Below, piece after piece: positions 63,271-64,000 of a DNA stretch of 64,000 nt. Source of the stretch: an uncultured cyanobacterium (GTDB lineage Bacteria; Cyanobacteriota; Cyanobacteriia; Cyanobacteriales; CAWUOF01); NCBI GenBank assembly GCA_963744145.1, contig CAVUSO010000001.1, positions 1,024,001-1,088,000 of the forward strand, read 5' to 3'. A program made the translations under genes and the position numbers. Below the pieces are notes generated by a model. That model saw only the letters and a program-made list of their open reading frames with translations. It searched no databases and was not told the origin of the DNA. The stretch's first letter is position 1; each line of letters opens with the position of its first letter.

Positions 63271-63457
63271 TAAGACTGTCAGCCTTAGTTTGAGAAATCT
63301 GACTAAAAGTTTTACCTAAGTTTGCCACATCTTTGACTCTTGGGATCATTTCTTGAGCGCGAACTAATTCAGGCTGATTCGATGATGGAGTTGTTGAGGT
63401 AAACGCAAATTGATGTTCGCGTTCTACCTCAATCAATTGAGTTTGGTTGAACTAGCA

Positions 63458-63676
63458 ATGTTTTTCAGTAAGGACAAACCGGAACTATTTCCTGAAGCGA
63501 TCGATGGTATTGTTGATGAAACGATTTCTTCTATGCAGCCCGGAAGAGTCAAGTGTCTAGGGAGTTATTGGCCAGCAAGACTTTACCAATTTGAGCGTCC
63601 AGTAACTCTAATTCCTGAGCAAACTGTATCTGTTGTTGGTCGTGTCGGAATTACTTTGCTGGTAATTCCGATGTAA
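63458..63676 (+). CDS. NfeD-like OB-fold small protein
   Basis: G.VDETI....PGRVK..GSYWPARL...V.VVGR.GITLLV.P; in-frame ATG at 63458. Confidence 0.8.
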   Translation: MFFSKDKPELFPEAIDGIVDETISSMQPGRVKCLGSYWPARLYQFERPVTLIPEQTVSVVGRVGITLLVIPM

Positions 63677-63688
63677 TTAGGTTAAGTG

Positions 63689-64000
63689 CTAAATAAAATC
63701 TAGGTCTTCATCACCTTGGGTTGCAGCTAGTTCTAGGGCGATCGCTCGCAATAAAGGTAATCCTTTTCGCTTCCAAAAAGAGTTGATTGTTTGAATATTG
63801 ATGTTAAACTCTCTGGCGATCGCTGTCATTTTGTCTGGTGTTTGTTGCAATAATAATCGTTTTCCCACTGATTGACAGTTACAATTAGGATGTTTTTGCG
63901 GATGACATTGTTGCAGTTTTCCTTCTGGATCTTTCTCAATATATCGTTTTAACTTGGTAGCAAAACGCTGCTTTTTTTCCTGCTCAATTTTTTCAATGTA
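63689..64000 (-). CDS. C-terminal part of a cyanobacterial HTH/sigma70-region-4-like protein (partial)
   Basis: Manual translation ...YIEKDPEGKLQQCHPQKHPNCNCQ...MTAIAREFNINIQTINSFWKRKGLPLLR...FI*. Confidence 0.6.
   Translation of the reverse strand, partial: YIEKIEQEKKQRFATKLKRYIEKDPEGKLQQCHPQKHPNCNCQSVGKRLLLQQTPDKMTAIAREFNINIQTINSFWKRKGLPLLRAIALELAATQGDEDLDFI

Overview
AT-rich cyanobacterial chromosomal DNA (abundant HIP1 GCGATCGC octamers, a psbA gene). It has three parts. (1) 1-12.7 kb: a minus-strand pseudaminic-acid glycan cluster (pseB, pseC, pseF, methylase, amidotransferase with HisH/HisF-like partners, PseG-PseH fusion, pseI, ABC exporter, candidate nonulosonate transferase). (2) 13-35.5 kb: mostly housekeeping genes (3'-5' exonuclease, psbA, HIT, histidine phosphatases, pyrC-like, CPBP protease, Cu-ATPase, holB, a serC interrupted by one stop codon) mixed with MITEs, REPs and IS remnants. 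(3) 35.8-63.3 kb: a ~27 kb defence/conflict island with a caspase-NB-ARC + TPR pair, HNH and TA modules, two tandem CHAT-NACHT-HEAT paralogues and four copies or remnants of one caspase N-terminal module. The most striking element is a tightly linked minus-strand operon at 42.6-50.0 kb: pseudo-caspase fusion, small receiver-like protein, receiver + APH-type kinase, a divergent thymidine/AMP-phosphorylase-fold protein, and a 2TM protein. Its layout echoes the Detocs two-component defence system but with different parts, and I do not recognise it as a described system. All family calls come from motif recognition by eye; no database searches were run.
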